Notes under the pieces: generated by a model
What the model was told of the DNA's origin: nothing
The model's database searches: none
What the model saw: the letters and a program-made list of their open reading frames with translations, nothing else
Shown here: positions 38,165-48,323 of the stretch, in pieces
How the letters are laid out: each line of letters opens with the position of its first letter
How positions within the stretch are numbered: position 1 is the first letter of the stretch
Program-made: the position numbers and the translations under genes
Origin: a virus
Lineage: Duplodnaviria > Caudoviricetes
DNA length: 64,000 nt
Direction: 5' to 3' (one strand)
IMG/VR virus record: IMGVR_UViG_3300020576_005251
Location: 1 to 64,000 of that record

Positions 38165-41100
38165 TTACCCGACCGTCAGATCCTGACTCGTCTCTCGGGT
38201 CAGGTCGAACTCTTCGTGGTTGATGAGGTTGTACTCGATATCTTCTTCGTTATAGCCATCCAAAGCCGCCTCGGGTACAGGCGGAGGGAGCGCGGCGATG
38301 TAGTCCTTGGCCTTCTGATATTCGCCGTAACTTGGGCCCAGGGCCACATCCCAGCGGTAGGGGCTCTTGAGCCAGGGGCACTCCTTCGCGACGCGCTTGG
38401 TCCCCTGCTCCAAGAACAGGTCGGGGATCTGGTGCGCGTACTTCTTCGGGACCTGGAAGCCGATCGAGTCGTGCACCGTGAGGAGCACCCGACCGCCCAT
38501 GTCCCGCTCCAAGATCTCAGCGATCCAACACAGCACCATCAGCACGATGTCCGAGTTGGTGCGCTGGATCTTGAAGTTGATGCCCTGACGCTGGAATCGA
38601 GCGAGAAGCCCCTTCGGTATCTTCGACACGTCCATCGGACAGCGACGGCGCCCACCATGGAAGGTCTCGACCAGCCCGAACTGCTGGACCTCCCACTTGG
38701 TGTGCTCCATGTACGTCGGAATGGACGGGAACTTCGAGAACAGAAGGTCTCGAATCTTCTGCGCCAGCTCCAGCGAGATGCCTGCGATCTCCGAGATCTT
38801 GGTGATCCCAGCACCGAACAGCATCCCGAACACGACGCGCTTGATGTTGTCGCGGAGTGCGTCAAGCTGGAGCGCGTAGCGAACCAGGGAGGGCGTTTCC
38901 CAGGTCTTGGGGTCGTCGAAGTTCCCGTTGCCGACGCCCTTCTTCTTGTATGTCTCCCGCGTAAAGAAGTCCTCGTACGACCACGCGTGATCGTCGTCGA
39001 TACCCGCGCGCTCCAGGGCGAGTCGGCGATCCTCCCCCTGAAGACCCGCTGCAACCAGCTGAGGATTGAGCGCCTCGCTGCCGAAGAAGCAGTGCGGATC
39101 CATCCCTCCGATCAGGGCGTTGACCAGCGCCTCGCCACCGTCGAACGCTGCGGCGTACGTACCGAAGATGGTCACCTCGGCGCCCTTCGCGTCCGCGTTG
39201 CCGAAGCACATCGAAGGGTCGTCGGGGATGATCAGCTTCTTGCAGTTGACACCGTCGAAGATCGGAACACCCTGATCGTCCAGGGCCAGACGCCCGCGCG
39301 TATCCCGAAGAGCCCCGAGAAGGCCCTTGGGTACGTTCTGCCAGTTGAAGCCGATCTTGCGAACGCCCGACGATGAGGACAGTCGGTCGGTCGCAGTGCC
39401 TGTCAGGTTGTACCCACCGTGAAGGTGGTTGTCCCCGAACATGGTCGCGAGTTGGTAGGCGTTCCCGAAGACCGAGACGCGCGCCTTCTCCGCCTTCTTG
39501 CGCGAAAGGATAAGGTTGGACAGAGGACACTTGTAGCGACTCACGAGCGCCTGGAGCACGGGGGCGCCGGTCTGGATCTGGTGCGTCGCGGTAAAGGCAA
39601 GCGGTCGGTAGGTGATTCGTCCGTTCTGATAAAGGACCGTGTCGGGGTTGGCCTTGGCGATCTCCTCCGCGTGCTCAGGGTTGGGGTGGATGTAGCCCAC
39701 GCCACCGAAGAAGAGATGGTTGGCGATCTGTCGAGGCGTCAGGTCAAAGGTCTCGCCGCACATCTCAAAGATCTGTGCCCCGGACGCGCCCACCACCATC
39801 TCAAGTTTCTCGGCGCCCCACTTGAGATAGTCGAGGTCGATATTCACGCCCTGGTCTTCGATCTTCGCGAGCTCCACTTGCCGAGGCAGCTTGAACTCGC
39901 GAAGGATCTTGATCTGAGGTGATTGATCGGGACACAGTCGCAACACCCGATACTTGGGTGTCCCGCCCATGCGCTCCTCCAGCGTGATGTCGTCCTCGGT
40001 GCGCCTGCGCGCCAGTTCCAGGGCCGTGTCCTCCTTCTCCATGCGCTCGGCCTGCACCAAGGCGAGTCGGCGCGTCACATCGCAGTCCACGGCGTTATAG
40101 AACAGGAGGTCGGGCAGCGCCGCGCCCTGATAGCCGCCCATCTGCTCAGCCTTGAGCTGCTCAGCTTTCTGGGCAGCTTTCTTGGCTTTCTGGTTGAACT
40201 CCCCACCAGCGTGAGCCTTCAGGAGGATCTGGAGGTCTTGACGATGGAGGTCTTGGAGCGTTTGGCTAGCCAGTAGCTTCTCGATCGTGCTGGGGCGGAA
40301 CTTGGCGCTGCCGATGAGCTTAGCCGCGATGGCGCGCTGGAGGGCTTCGAGCACAGCGGGCGGGAGGTTGAGCACCTCCGTGCCCTTGATCTCGACCGCG
40401 CCCTCCGTCACGCCGTTCAAGGCACCATCCTGGGATTCGAGGGTCGCTTGCAGCTGATCCTCGTAGCCCGAGAGCGCCGGGAAGAAGCGCTTCACCAAGG
40501 GCTTGAGGCCGTACTCCTCCGGCTTCGCCTCCTCGATGATGTGCTCCGCGAGCATCGTGTCCCAACCGGGTCGGCCGATCATGCGCCGTGGCAGCTTGAG
40601 GCCGTGCCACAGCGCTTTCTGGTCGTACTTGCCGTTGTGCCAGATCCACTTCTTGTCCGCCTCAAACGCGCGTTTGAGCTCCCGCTTTACGTACACGGGA
40701 TCGTACGGCGTATCGGGGTGATCCACCGCGATTGCCGTGGCCTTGCCAGTATCCCAGGAGAAGCCTACTGACAGGAGCTTGTAGCCGACCCAGTGTGGGT
40801 GAAGCGTGTTCGTCTCGGTGTCTGACGCGACCGACCAGTCTCGGGGGCTGATACCTCCTGCGCTGTAGTTCAAGACGAGGTCAATGACCTCGGTCACCTC
40901 CTTCTCATCGCGGGGGAAGATGTACCCCCGCATCAGGTCCTCGCGGCTGATGGTTGCGGGGGCAACACCTTTCGCGATCTTGACGGCGCGCTCCACGTCG
41001 GCCAGCAGCGTGTTGTACTTGCCGATGGCCGAGGCGTACGCGCTCAGGCTGCGAGTGGGAATGACGCGAAGCGGGATGCCTTCGTATGTGACCTCGAAGA

Positions 41101-41641
41101 CACGACCGAGGGCCTCCTTCTCCTTACGGACGTGGATGCCGAGCGCGTGGACCACGTCGACCCCGCACGCAAGGATGGTCAAGCCCTCGGGGTAACCGAG
41201 GGCCACTCGGCGCCGATGGATGAACTGAAGATCCCCGTCGATGTTGCTCTTGCACGCGATCGCGACGCGCTTGGGTACCTTCTCCATCGCGCAACGAACG
41301 AGGTACAGCGCCTTGTACGAGATGTTGTGGAACCCACCTTCTCGCACGATCTGCTCAAACGCTTCGATAACGACCTTCGCCCCGTCCTCCTTGAAAGGCT
41401 GGTGATGGTTCGGTACGTTGTACCTGGGCAAGCTGGTCTTCCCGAAGAACTTCCTCGGGGCTTGTGGCGCGGTCGCGAGGATGATCACATCCCCGCTATC
41501 GTCGCCCGTTCCGTACGGCGTATAGTGGGTGTCTTTGAAGGCAGGGCACCCCATGCACCCTGGGCCCGCCTTCTCAGGAAACGTGTTCTTCTGACAGACC
41601 TCGCACTCCGACACAGGGAGCGTGGGGATGGGTTGACCCAT
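38165..41641 (-). CDS. polA: Family A DNA polymerase with N-terminal degenerate UDG-like domain and 3'-5' exonuclease domain
   Basis: Exo I DTET, Exo II HNGKYD, Exo III YNAVD; TATDRLSSS, NWQNVP, motif A ADAKGAE, motif B RDNIKRVVFGMLFG and motif C TVHDS. Confidence 0.9.
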   Translation of the reverse strand: MGQPIPTLPVSECEVCQKNTFPEKAGPGCMGCPAFKDTHYTPYGTGDDSGDVIILATAPQAPRKFFGKTSLPRYNVPNHHQPFKEDGAKVVIEAFEQIVREGGFHNISYKALYLVRCAMEKVPKRVAIACKSNIDGDLQFIHRRRVALGYPEGLTILACGVDVVHALGIHVRKEKEALGRVFEVTYEGIPLRVIPTRSLSAYASAIGKYNTLLADVERAVKIAKGVAPATISREDLMRGYIFPRDEKEVTEVIDLVLNYSAGGISPRDWSVASDTETNTLHPHWVGYKLLSVGFSWDTGKATAIAVDHPDTPYDPVYVKRELKRAFEADKKWIWHNGKYDQKALWHGLKLPRRMIGRPGWDTMLAEHIIEEAKPEEYGLKPLVKRFFPALSGYEDQLQATLESQDGALNGVTEGAVEIKGTEVLNLPPAVLEALQRAIAAKLIGSAKFRPSTIEKLLASQTLQDLHRQDLQILLKAHAGGEFNQKAKKAAQKAEQLKAEQMGGYQGAALPDLLFYNAVDCDVTRRLALVQAERMEKEDTALELARRRTEDDITLEERMGGTPKYRVLRLCPDQSPQIKILREFKLPRQVELAKIEDQGVNIDLDYLKWGAEKLEMVVGASGAQIFEMCGETFDLTPRQIANHLFFGGVGYIHPNPEHAEEIAKANPDTVLYQNGRITYRPLAFTATHQIQTGAPVLQALVSRYKCPLSNLILSRKKAEKARVSVFGNAYQLATMFGDNHLHGGYNLTGTATDRLSSSSGVRKIGFNWQNVPKGLLGALRDTRGRLALDDQGVPIFDGVNCKKLIIPDDPSMCFGNADAKGAEVTIFGTYAAAFDGGEALVNALIGGMDPHCFFGSEALNPQLVAAGLQGEDRRLALERAGIDDDHAWSYEDFFTRETYKKKGVGNGNFDDPKTWETPSLVRYALQLDALRDNIKRVVFGMLFGAGITKISEIAGISLELAQKIRDLLFSKFPSIPTYMEHTKWEVQQFGLVETFHGGRRRCPMDVSKIPKGLLARFQRQGINFKIQRTNSDIVLMVLCWIAEILERDMGGRVLLTVHDSIGFQVPKKYAHQIPDLFLEQGTKRVAKECPWLKSPYRWDVALGPSYGEYQKAKDYIAALPPPVPEAALDGYNEEDIEYNLINHEEFDLTRETSQDLTVG

Positions 41642-41649
41642 TCATGACC

Positions 41650-44600
41650 TCACACATTCGTCTTGGGGGATGGGGCGGTGGCGGAGGGCGCTTGCGTGTC
41701 CGTCGGTTGCGCAGGCTTCCTCTGCGTGCTCTCTCGAAGAAGAGTCACAACCTCCTTGAAGTGAATCACGGAGATCAGCATGGTGGGTGCAGGGTTTCCG
41801 CACGCCGCCATGAACTCCCGAACTTGCAACTCTGCGTACTCTGCCTGCGGGACTGCGAGCGGATGTTGGTCAAGTAGATGCTTGAGTCGGAATGCCTGCT
41901 CACGAGAGTACTCGGTCCGGTGGAGGATTCCGCCGTTCGACTGGACCGCGATCCAATCGATGACGAGAACCCCCTTCGACTCATCGTAGAGCACCCCGTG
42001 GGAGGTGCTGTTCAGACGAGGGGTATTCTCCCGATCTCCCAGCAGGTTGATCACAGACGTGAAGTGGTTGCCGAGGCGAATAGAGCTCGAACGGATAAGC
42101 GTCTCCATCAGGATCAAGTGCGGAGACGACTGCTGATAAAGCTCCTGCGTCCCGAGGCGAACTCTTGCCGAAGAGATGACCAGCTCTCGCCAGTTACCGC
42201 CCAACATGTCGCACATCGCAGCGGGTCCGTAGAAGTTACGGACAAATCGGGTGTCCACATCGAACGGGAAGAACCCCTTGGTGTTCATCTCACGCACCAC
42301 ATCGGCGTAGTGCTTGCGGTAGAGATCGTGGAACTTGAACAGCCCCACGTTGAGCACCCGCCGCATCTCCGCGAACTCTTCCGGTGTAACGTTCGCGGAG
42401 ATGTGTGTCGTGGGATTGGGGTGTCCCTTCTTGGCAACCGTCTGAATCTCCAGGCGCCGGTTGGCGTCCTGGACGTTCTTGGGGAGGTGGACGGAGGTAG
42501 CGATCGTGTTGAACCAAAGCGTCAAGTACGTCGTCTGCCCGTTGATGACGCGGCTGATCTGCGCGCCACCCTCAAAGCCTGACTGTCGGAACAACTCAAG
42601 CAGGTTGTTGACCTGTCGCGACTTCATCTCGTTGTCCGCCTCGGCGGAAAACTCATCCAGCGCGCAGGTGTTCGAGGCGCCGTTGAAGCCATTGTAGATC
42701 GACGCAGGGCTGTAGTTCGTAAGGTACTGGATAAAGTCCAGGAGCTGGAGGTGCGGAATCTGACCCCCGCAGAACAAGGCCATCAGGCTGGACTTGCCCG
42801 TCTGCGACGGGCCGACAATGTGAAGGTGGACCTTCTCCGGACGGAAGTGGGGCATCGCAAGATCCGCCAAGAAGTATGCGATGAGCAGTGAGTCGCTGTT
42901 GCCGCCCTTGAGGCTCCAAGCAGGCATGATCTTGGTCGCGATGTCCTTGACCACCTGCTTGACGCGCGCGAGCGTCACATTGTTCCCCTCCTCCAGATCT
43001 GCCAAGGAGTTGATCACGGTTCGATGCTTGACCGGGGTCGTGGCGAAGATCCGATTGCCGTCCGTAGGTCCGTCGAGCGTGCGCCACTGCATCGTGCCGT
43101 CTGCGCGGTAATGCCCCGAGTAAACAACCGTCCCCAGGTTCAGGTACTGGATCGTCCCGCCAAACCCATCGTCGCGGCTGTGGGGACCCAGGCCGATGTA
43201 TTCACAGGAGTTCTTTGCCGGGATCCCCTGGTAAAGCGCCTGAAGCGCGATCCCGGTGTAGTCACCCAGTGAGCGCTGAAGCTCCTTGATGACTGACGCC
43301 GTCTTCTCGACTCGTGACTCAACCAACCACAGCGGAATACCAATACGCTGCTGGAAGTAGGTATAGATATCGCCCACCACGTTCGAGAGCGCGGCCAGCG
43401 TACCCGGGTTGTCCCCCGCCATGAACGCCACCGGCTTGCGACTCTCTCGATGGTAGGTAGTCACCTTGGCGCCGCGAGGGGTGTCCTCTCGATAAAGGAA
43501 GTAGAAGTCGTTGCTCAGCGTCTCAACGACCCGCTGGATGAAGCCCGCCTCGTCGTCCTGCCCCTTGATGATGAGGGCCCGGATCTCGGCCGGGGAGAGC
43601 GACAGCACCTGGGCAATCCGGTCCAGGTAGCTGGCCAACTGCGCGGGGTGGCGAACGCACTCACCGAACTTGGCCGCGAGGTCGGTCTTCTCGCGAACCC
43701 CGGAGATCTCCAGCGCGTCAACGCTTGCACGTTGAAACGCCCACTCGTCACAAGTGACGAACACCTTCCGGTAGTTCGCCAGGACGCACTCCCGAAAGTG
43801 CTCAAAGCCCAGGATGCGAACAACGTCATCGGGATCCTTCACGAAGCCGTTACTGGACGCGAGGTTGTCCCATTGATTGAAGACAAAGGCGTTCAGCTGT
43901 GCGCAGCTTGAGAGTCGGTCGCGAAGCCACACCTCGCCGCGCCCACGGCTCGGAGAGGGGTGGTCATGAAGGAAGTAGGCGCTGTCGAAGCCCGCCTGCG
44001 TGAGTGAGTCCGTGTCATTGGCGAGTCCGCACGTACCGATGACCAGCCAGCCCTCGTTGCTGTTTTCGATCAGCGCTTCCGCGATGGTCAGCGTGTCGTT
44101 CTCACCCTCCACCACCAGGAGCTTGAGGCTCTCACGCTCCTTGTAAGAGATGTTGGCGAGGTGGGGTGCGTAAAGCCCAAAGTATCCGTTGGGTTCGTCT
44201 TCCGAGAATCCAGGCAACACCAGGATGTTGCCATCCTTCTGGTTCTCGGTGTCCGGACGCCGCAGGCGAATGCGAGCAGGTGTTGAGATGTCGTGCCCGG
44301 TGATGAACACAACCGCGTGGCTCCACTCCGCACCGGGGTGCTTCGCCAGCTCGCGGACCACGTCCAGGATCTTGTCCCTTCGCTCTGCGGAGTAGCGCGA
44401 AGGGGCGTCGCTCGCATACCCCTGACTGGCGAGTGAGAGGACCCGTTGTTCGCACAGGGAGATCAGGGTCGCAGGGGTCGGCCATACGCCGTACGGCATC
44501 GTATGGATCAGGTCGCGCTTGTGCCCGCGTTGCTCGAAGAGCCAGTCGATCGCGGCCTCGCCAAGCCGTGCGGTGAGGCCCGCTCCTTTGTCCCCTGCGC

Positions 44601-45060
44601 CTTCCTGGGGGTGGGTGAGGTCGATCAGATGCTTGTTGGTCGCCCACGCGATTGCCTTCAAGGCTTCCCTGTGGATATCGAGGCGGTCGTACTGAGCTTC
44701 GAGCTTCTCCGGAACCAGCCGAACGCCTGTGACCGCCTGGAGTTCCTTCAGGGATTGCGCGTACCCCCATCCGAGCTTCGAGTCCTGGAACAACTGAAGG
44801 AGGTTGCGCGTCCGGTAGTGACAGACGTTGCAGCTTGCGACGCCCGTGCGGAAGTCAACCTCGAACGAGGGGTGGTGGTCTGGGTGCCCCGGGAGCACAC
44901 AGTGCATGCGCAGACGCTGAGCCCCCTTCTGCTGAGGGTCAGAGTCTGGCAGGTAGCGGCGAAAGACATGCCCCAGCTGAGAGATGTCTACGCGTCGGAA
45001 CAGCTCAACCGCGTCCCGATTGGAGAGCGACGGCGTAGAGGCACCTTTGCCACGAGACAT
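41650..45060 (-). CDS. Primase-helicase (DnaG-like Zn finger, TOPRIM, C-terminal P-loop NTPase)
   Basis: CVLPGHPDHHPSF...CNVC, VVEGENDTL, KDPDD, GPSQTGKS and CALDEF. Confidence 0.8.
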   Translation of the reverse strand: MSRGKGASTPSLSNRDAVELFRRVDISQLGHVFRRYLPDSDPQQKGAQRLRMHCVLPGHPDHHPSFEVDFRTGVASCNVCHYRTRNLLQLFQDSKLGWGYAQSLKELQAVTGVRLVPEKLEAQYDRLDIHREALKAIAWATNKHLIDLTHPQEGAGDKGAGLTARLGEAAIDWLFEQRGHKRDLIHTMPYGVWPTPATLISLCEQRVLSLASQGYASDAPSRYSAERRDKILDVVRELAKHPGAEWSHAVVFITGHDISTPARIRLRRPDTENQKDGNILVLPGFSEDEPNGYFGLYAPHLANISYKERESLKLLVVEGENDTLTIAEALIENSNEGWLVIGTCGLANDTDSLTQAGFDSAYFLHDHPSPSRGRGEVWLRDRLSSCAQLNAFVFNQWDNLASSNGFVKDPDDVVRILGFEHFRECVLANYRKVFVTCDEWAFQRASVDALEISGVREKTDLAAKFGECVRHPAQLASYLDRIAQVLSLSPAEIRALIIKGQDDEAGFIQRVVETLSNDFYFLYREDTPRGAKVTTYHRESRKPVAFMAGDNPGTLAALSNVVGDIYTYFQQRIGIPLWLVESRVEKTASVIKELQRSLGDYTGIALQALYQGIPAKNSCEYIGLGPHSRDDGFGGTIQYLNLGTVVYSGHYRADGTMQWRTLDGPTDGNRIFATTPVKHRTVINSLADLEEGNNVTLARVKQVVKDIATKIMPAWSLKGGNSDSLLIAYFLADLAMPHFRPEKVHLHIVGPSQTGKSSLMALFCGGQIPHLQLLDFIQYLTNYSPASIYNGFNGASNTCALDEFSAEADNEMKSRQVNNLLELFRQSGFEGGAQISRVINGQTTYLTLWFNTIATSVHLPKNVQDANRRLEIQTVAKKGHPNPTTHISANVTPEEFAEMRRVLNVGLFKFHDLYRKHYADVVREMNTKGFFPFDVDTRFVRNFYGPAAMCDMLGGNWRELVISSARVRLGTQELYQQSSPHLILMETLIRSSSIRLGNHFTSVINLLGDRENTPRLNSTSHGVLYDESKGVLVIDWIAVQSNGGILHRTEYSREQAFRLKHLLDQHPLAVPQAEYAELQVREFMAACGNPAPTMLISVIHFKEVVTLLRESTQRKPAQPTDTQAPSATAPSPKTNV

Positions 45061-45068
45061 GAAACCTC

Positions 45069-45950
45069 CTAGACGCCAGGGTTGACGCCACTTCGCTTCG
45101 CCTTGCGCTCAGCCACCTGCTCGGCGCCCTTCGGACAGAGCGCCTCGTCGTTGTAGCCGCAGTACTCACATTGCCACCCCGTGGAGGGGGTGGGTTCGTC
45201 TCGATCAACCAAAAGAAGCGGAGAAGCCAGCTTGCTAAGGTAGCGCGTGAGCCACGGCTCCACGTGCTTCTTGATGTCGTCCCGGGTCCAGGGCCCCGGC
45301 CGACCGCTGAATGTAGGGAACCAGTCGAGCTCCGGCGCCCCGAAGTAGTTGATCGCACACTGCACACCCAGGATGTCGGGCATGTTGGCAATGGCGAGCA
45401 GCATGTACACATAGAACTGCATCGAGTGCTGCTCGATGGGCTTGCGCTTCCCCGACTTGTGATCGACCAGGAGCAGCACACCAGCCTCGGTGTGAAGCCC
45501 GTAGTCGAGAACGCCTCGGATGAGGCACTTCGGGTCATCGAACGAACAGCCCTGGAAGTCCGCCGTCATGGCGAGCTTCGCCTCGATGTACTCCTTCTTG
45601 GCCCCGTACATCTCCTTGATTCGCTTCATGTTCTTCACGAAGTCGACGATGCCGGGGATCTTTCCGGAGACCTCGACCACCTCAGACTCGGTGAGTTGAT
45701 CGATCTGCATCTGCTCGCGAGAGAATGCGGTGAGCACCTCGGGTTCCGGCAGACGCAAGAGCGCGAACTCTTGAATGGTGTGTGCCGTCACACCCACCCG
45801 CGCCTGCGTCCCCTTGTGGGACTCTTTCACCTTGCGCACGTACTTGAACGTGAACTGAGAAGAACAACGCGCAAGGACTTCGGCCTTGCTCAAAGACCAG
45901 GGTGCGTACTTGAGCACGAGCGGCGATAGGATCACAGCAACCTCACTCAA
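45069..45950 (-). CDS. PD-(D/E)XK nuclease (RecB/Cas4-like)
   Basis: WSLSK...C, GVTAH, RGVLD...VDHKSG, QFYVY and CEYC...C. Confidence 0.8.
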   Translation of the reverse strand: MSEVAVILSPLVLKYAPWSLSKAEVLARCSSQFTFKYVRKVKESHKGTQARVGVTAHTIQEFALLRLPEPEVLTAFSREQMQIDQLTESEVVEVSGKIPGIVDFVKNMKRIKEMYGAKKEYIEAKLAMTADFQGCSFDDPKCLIRGVLDYGLHTEAGVLLLVDHKSGKRKPIEQHSMQFYVYMLLAIANMPDILGVQCAINYFGAPELDWFPTFSGRPGPWTRDDIKKHVEPWLTRYLSKLASPLLLVDRDEPTPSTGWQCEYCGYNDEALCPKGAEQVAERKAKRSGVNPGV

Positions 45951-45963
45951 AAGAAACGGAACC

Positions 45964-46004
45964 GGCGCGCACCCACAACGCCGTATGCGTTGTGGGTGCG
46001 CGCC
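45964..46004. repeat. Perfect 18-bp inverted repeat (hairpin); probable minus-strand terminator or processing site
   Basis: GGCGCGCACCCACAACGC-cgtat-GCGTTGTGGGTGCGCGCC, followed on the minus strand by GGTTCCGTTTCTTTT. Confidence 0.75.
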
Positions 46005-46013
46005 AGCAGGGGG

Positions 46014-46241
46014 TCAGGGGTCGATCTGGCGGAGAAGCGCCTCACCCTTCGGAGTCAGGCGGTAGCTCGTGTACGGGATGTCCGAGCGGGTCCCTCCAAA
46101 GCTGACACAAGCCTCCAAAAGGCCGAGGCGGATTGCGCGCCTGCGTGCGTTCGCCGCTTGGCACGTACGGATGTCAGAGACCCCCCTTCGGAAGTATTCC
46201 AACACCCCAGGCGGCAACTCTTCTGCGGATACGCTCGCCAT
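46014..46241 (-). CDS. Small winged-helix-like protein
   Basis: C-terminal 75 aa of ORF 46014..46769; ATG overlaps the upstream stop; YRLTPKG wing signature. Confidence 0.45.
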   Translation of the reverse strand: MASVSAEELPPGVLEYFRRGVSDIRTCQAANARRRAIRLGLLEACVSFGGTRSDIPYTSYRLTPKGEALLRQIDP

Positions 46242-47464
46242 CAGACGTTGACCTTCGGCGCCGCCGCCGAGAGATCCGGCAGCTTGGGCGCCGGGCCACT
46301 TCCGATGCCCAGACCCGCCGCGAGCGCGGAGCCATCGGTGACGTTGGTGCTGGGGGTCTCGGGCGTCTTCGGGTTGTCGGAGAGGTTGTAGATGCGGCGC
46401 GTCGAGGGCCACACCTCGATGGTCTCGACCAGCTGCGCGAAGACCCGCAACGCGCTGCTGAGGTTCTCGGGCGTGTGATCCTCGCCGATCGTGGCCACCG
46501 GCTCGTACCACTTGATCGTGCTGTCCGTCGTGGACACCTCGATCTTGGACGTGAACGAGACCTTGCGCGACCAGAGAGACTTCCAGCCGCCGCTCTGGAA
46601 CTTCTTCACCAGCATCCGCGCGGTGGCCATCGCGGTCTTCGAGAACCGCATGCGGTAGACGCCGCTGAAGTCGGCGGGGACGACGTAGAACTGGATCTCG
46701 TTCGTGCACGCGAGCTCCGGCTTGGGGGCGTTCTTGACGTAGACGGGCTTGTAGGCGCACGCCTCGCATACGCCGTACGCGGACCCGCGCTTCTGGTCGA
46801 GCGAGGAGCAGAGCGGGAGCTTCGACGCGTTGTCGTCGGGCTCGCCGTCCTTCTTCTTGGGCTCCCAGAGGGAGCGGCCCTCGACCACGCCGACCACGTA
46901 GACCTCGAACGCCTGGGGGAGGTTCATGGCCTTCGCCATGGCCGCGCTCCCGGCGCTCAGGATGCGCTCGTCGCGCGAGTAGTAGCCGCCCTGGGGGGCG
47001 GTCTCCGGGCGCTGCTGGTCGTTGCCGGTGCCCTGGTTGAGCTTGGCGTCGAAGAACTGCATCGCACGCTCGCGCGCGAGGTGCATGCCCGTGGTGTCGG
47101 GGTTCATCCGCTCGAAGGCGGCGATCATGTTGGCGCGGAAGGGCTCGGGGAGCTCCTCGATCACCGCCATGACGCGCTCGGGAGTGACTGCCACGTAGCG
47201 CTGGAGGCTCTTGGTGGCGTGCGGGAACCGCTTCAGGAGGATCAGCTTGGCGTAGGGGCCGTACGGATCGAACTCGACCTGCGTGTCGAGGACGGCCGGG
47301 TACTCGGGCTCCGCCTGCGTGATGATGGCCGCAGGAGCGGCGACGACGATCTCCGTCGCGGCTGCGGGAGCCTCAGCGGGTGCAGGCACGGTCTCGGTGG
47401 GCACGGTCTCCGGAGCCTCGGTGGTCTCGACGGCCTTCTCAGTCTTCTCGGTCTTCTTGGTCAT
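46241..47464 (-). CDS. Hypothetical replication/recombination protein (SSB or annealing candidate)
   Basis: Strong GC3 codon bias, C..CEAC..C cluster, located in the replication operon; function inferred from context only. Confidence 0.55.
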   Translation of the reverse strand: MTKKTEKTEKAVETTEAPETVPTETVPAPAEAPAAATEIVVAAPAAIITQAEPEYPAVLDTQVEFDPYGPYAKLILLKRFPHATKSLQRYVAVTPERVMAVIEELPEPFRANMIAAFERMNPDTTGMHLARERAMQFFDAKLNQGTGNDQQRPETAPQGGYYSRDERILSAGSAAMAKAMNLPQAFEVYVVGVVEGRSLWEPKKKDGEPDDNASKLPLCSSLDQKRGSAYGVCEACAYKPVYVKNAPKPELACTNEIQFYVVPADFSGVYRMRFSKTAMATARMLVKKFQSGGWKSLWSRKVSFTSKIEVSTTDSTIKWYEPVATIGEDHTPENLSSALRVFAQLVETIEVWPSTRRIYNLSDNPKTPETPSTNVTDGSALAAGLGIGSGPAPKLPDLSAAAPKVNV

Positions 47465-47528
47465 GTTGTCTCACTTGCTCGACTTGTTGATGTTACCCAC
47501 CCCAGAAGCTATATGGTATATCAAGATC

Positions 47529-48323
47529 ATGCGGAACACCACTGAACGTTACTTCGCAGAGGTCAGCGCACACGCCCTCCCGACGCCTCAAGAGGCAAAG
47601 AAGAACTTTACGCGGTACGCGGAACTCAAGCAGAAGCTGTACGTGGCGTCCACGGATCATGCGAAGCACCAGATCCAAACGCAGATGACTGCGTTGAGCG
47701 GGCGCATCGCCAAAGGGTATCTGCGGTTTGTGATCGGGGAGGCGAGGAAGCGCACACGCGATGCCGAACTTCTGCCAGACCTGATCAGCGCAGGGAACGA
47801 GGGGCTTCTCTGCGCGATCCAGAAGTTCGAACTCTCGGTGGGGACGCAGTTTCTGACATTCGCCTACTACTGGGTACGCGTGAAGATCAACGGTGTCCTG
47901 TATCGGAAGGAGGATGTGAACATCTCCGTACACCGTAGACGGAAGGACGCAAAGGCCGTAGACGAGGGAGGCAAAGAACAGGGGGATGGCATCCCGCCGA
48001 CGATCTCCTCTTTGGACGACTACGAACTCGCATCCGACGCTGATACTGCACGCGACGCCAGCGCCAACGACGCCCGCGCCATGCGCTACCTCACCGCTGC
48101 CGAGCTTCCGCTTCGGGAGCGTCTGGTAGTGCTGTACGTCCTGGGTATGCGGAGCACACCCAAGACGTTTCAGGAGATTGCACTGATCTTCTACACCCTC
48201 GATCGCTCACTGGTGATGCCCAGTGAGGTCGAGGTGTTGTATGAGCGCGGCATCGCCCGCCTGAGGGATTGGGCCGCGCTCTGCGGAGAGGACTCGATCA
48301 GAGAAGATCTTGGGACGGAGTGA
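47529..48323 (+). CDS. Sigma70-family RNA polymerase sigma factor
   Basis: YLRFVIGEARK, DLISAGNEGLLCAIQKFE and FLTFAYYWVR (region 2); LPLRERLVV...KTFQEIA (region 4). Confidence 0.85.
   Translation: MRNTTERYFAEVSAHALPTPQEAKKNFTRYAELKQKLYVASTDHAKHQIQTQMTALSGRIAKGYLRFVIGEARKRTRDAELLPDLISAGNEGLLCAIQKFELSVGTQFLTFAYYWVRVKINGVLYRKEDVNISVHRRRKDAKAVDEGGKEQGDGIPPTISSLDDYELASDADTARDASANDARAMRYLTAAELPLRERLVVLYVLGMRSTPKTFQEIALIFYTLDRSLVMPSEVEVLYERGIARLRDWAALCGEDSIREDLGTE

Noticed and set aside
45069-45950. Cas4-like nuclease as evidence of a CRISPR-Cas system
   Set aside because: No repeat-spacer array or other cas genes were seen; stand-alone PD-(D/E)XK nucleases are common in phage replication modules.
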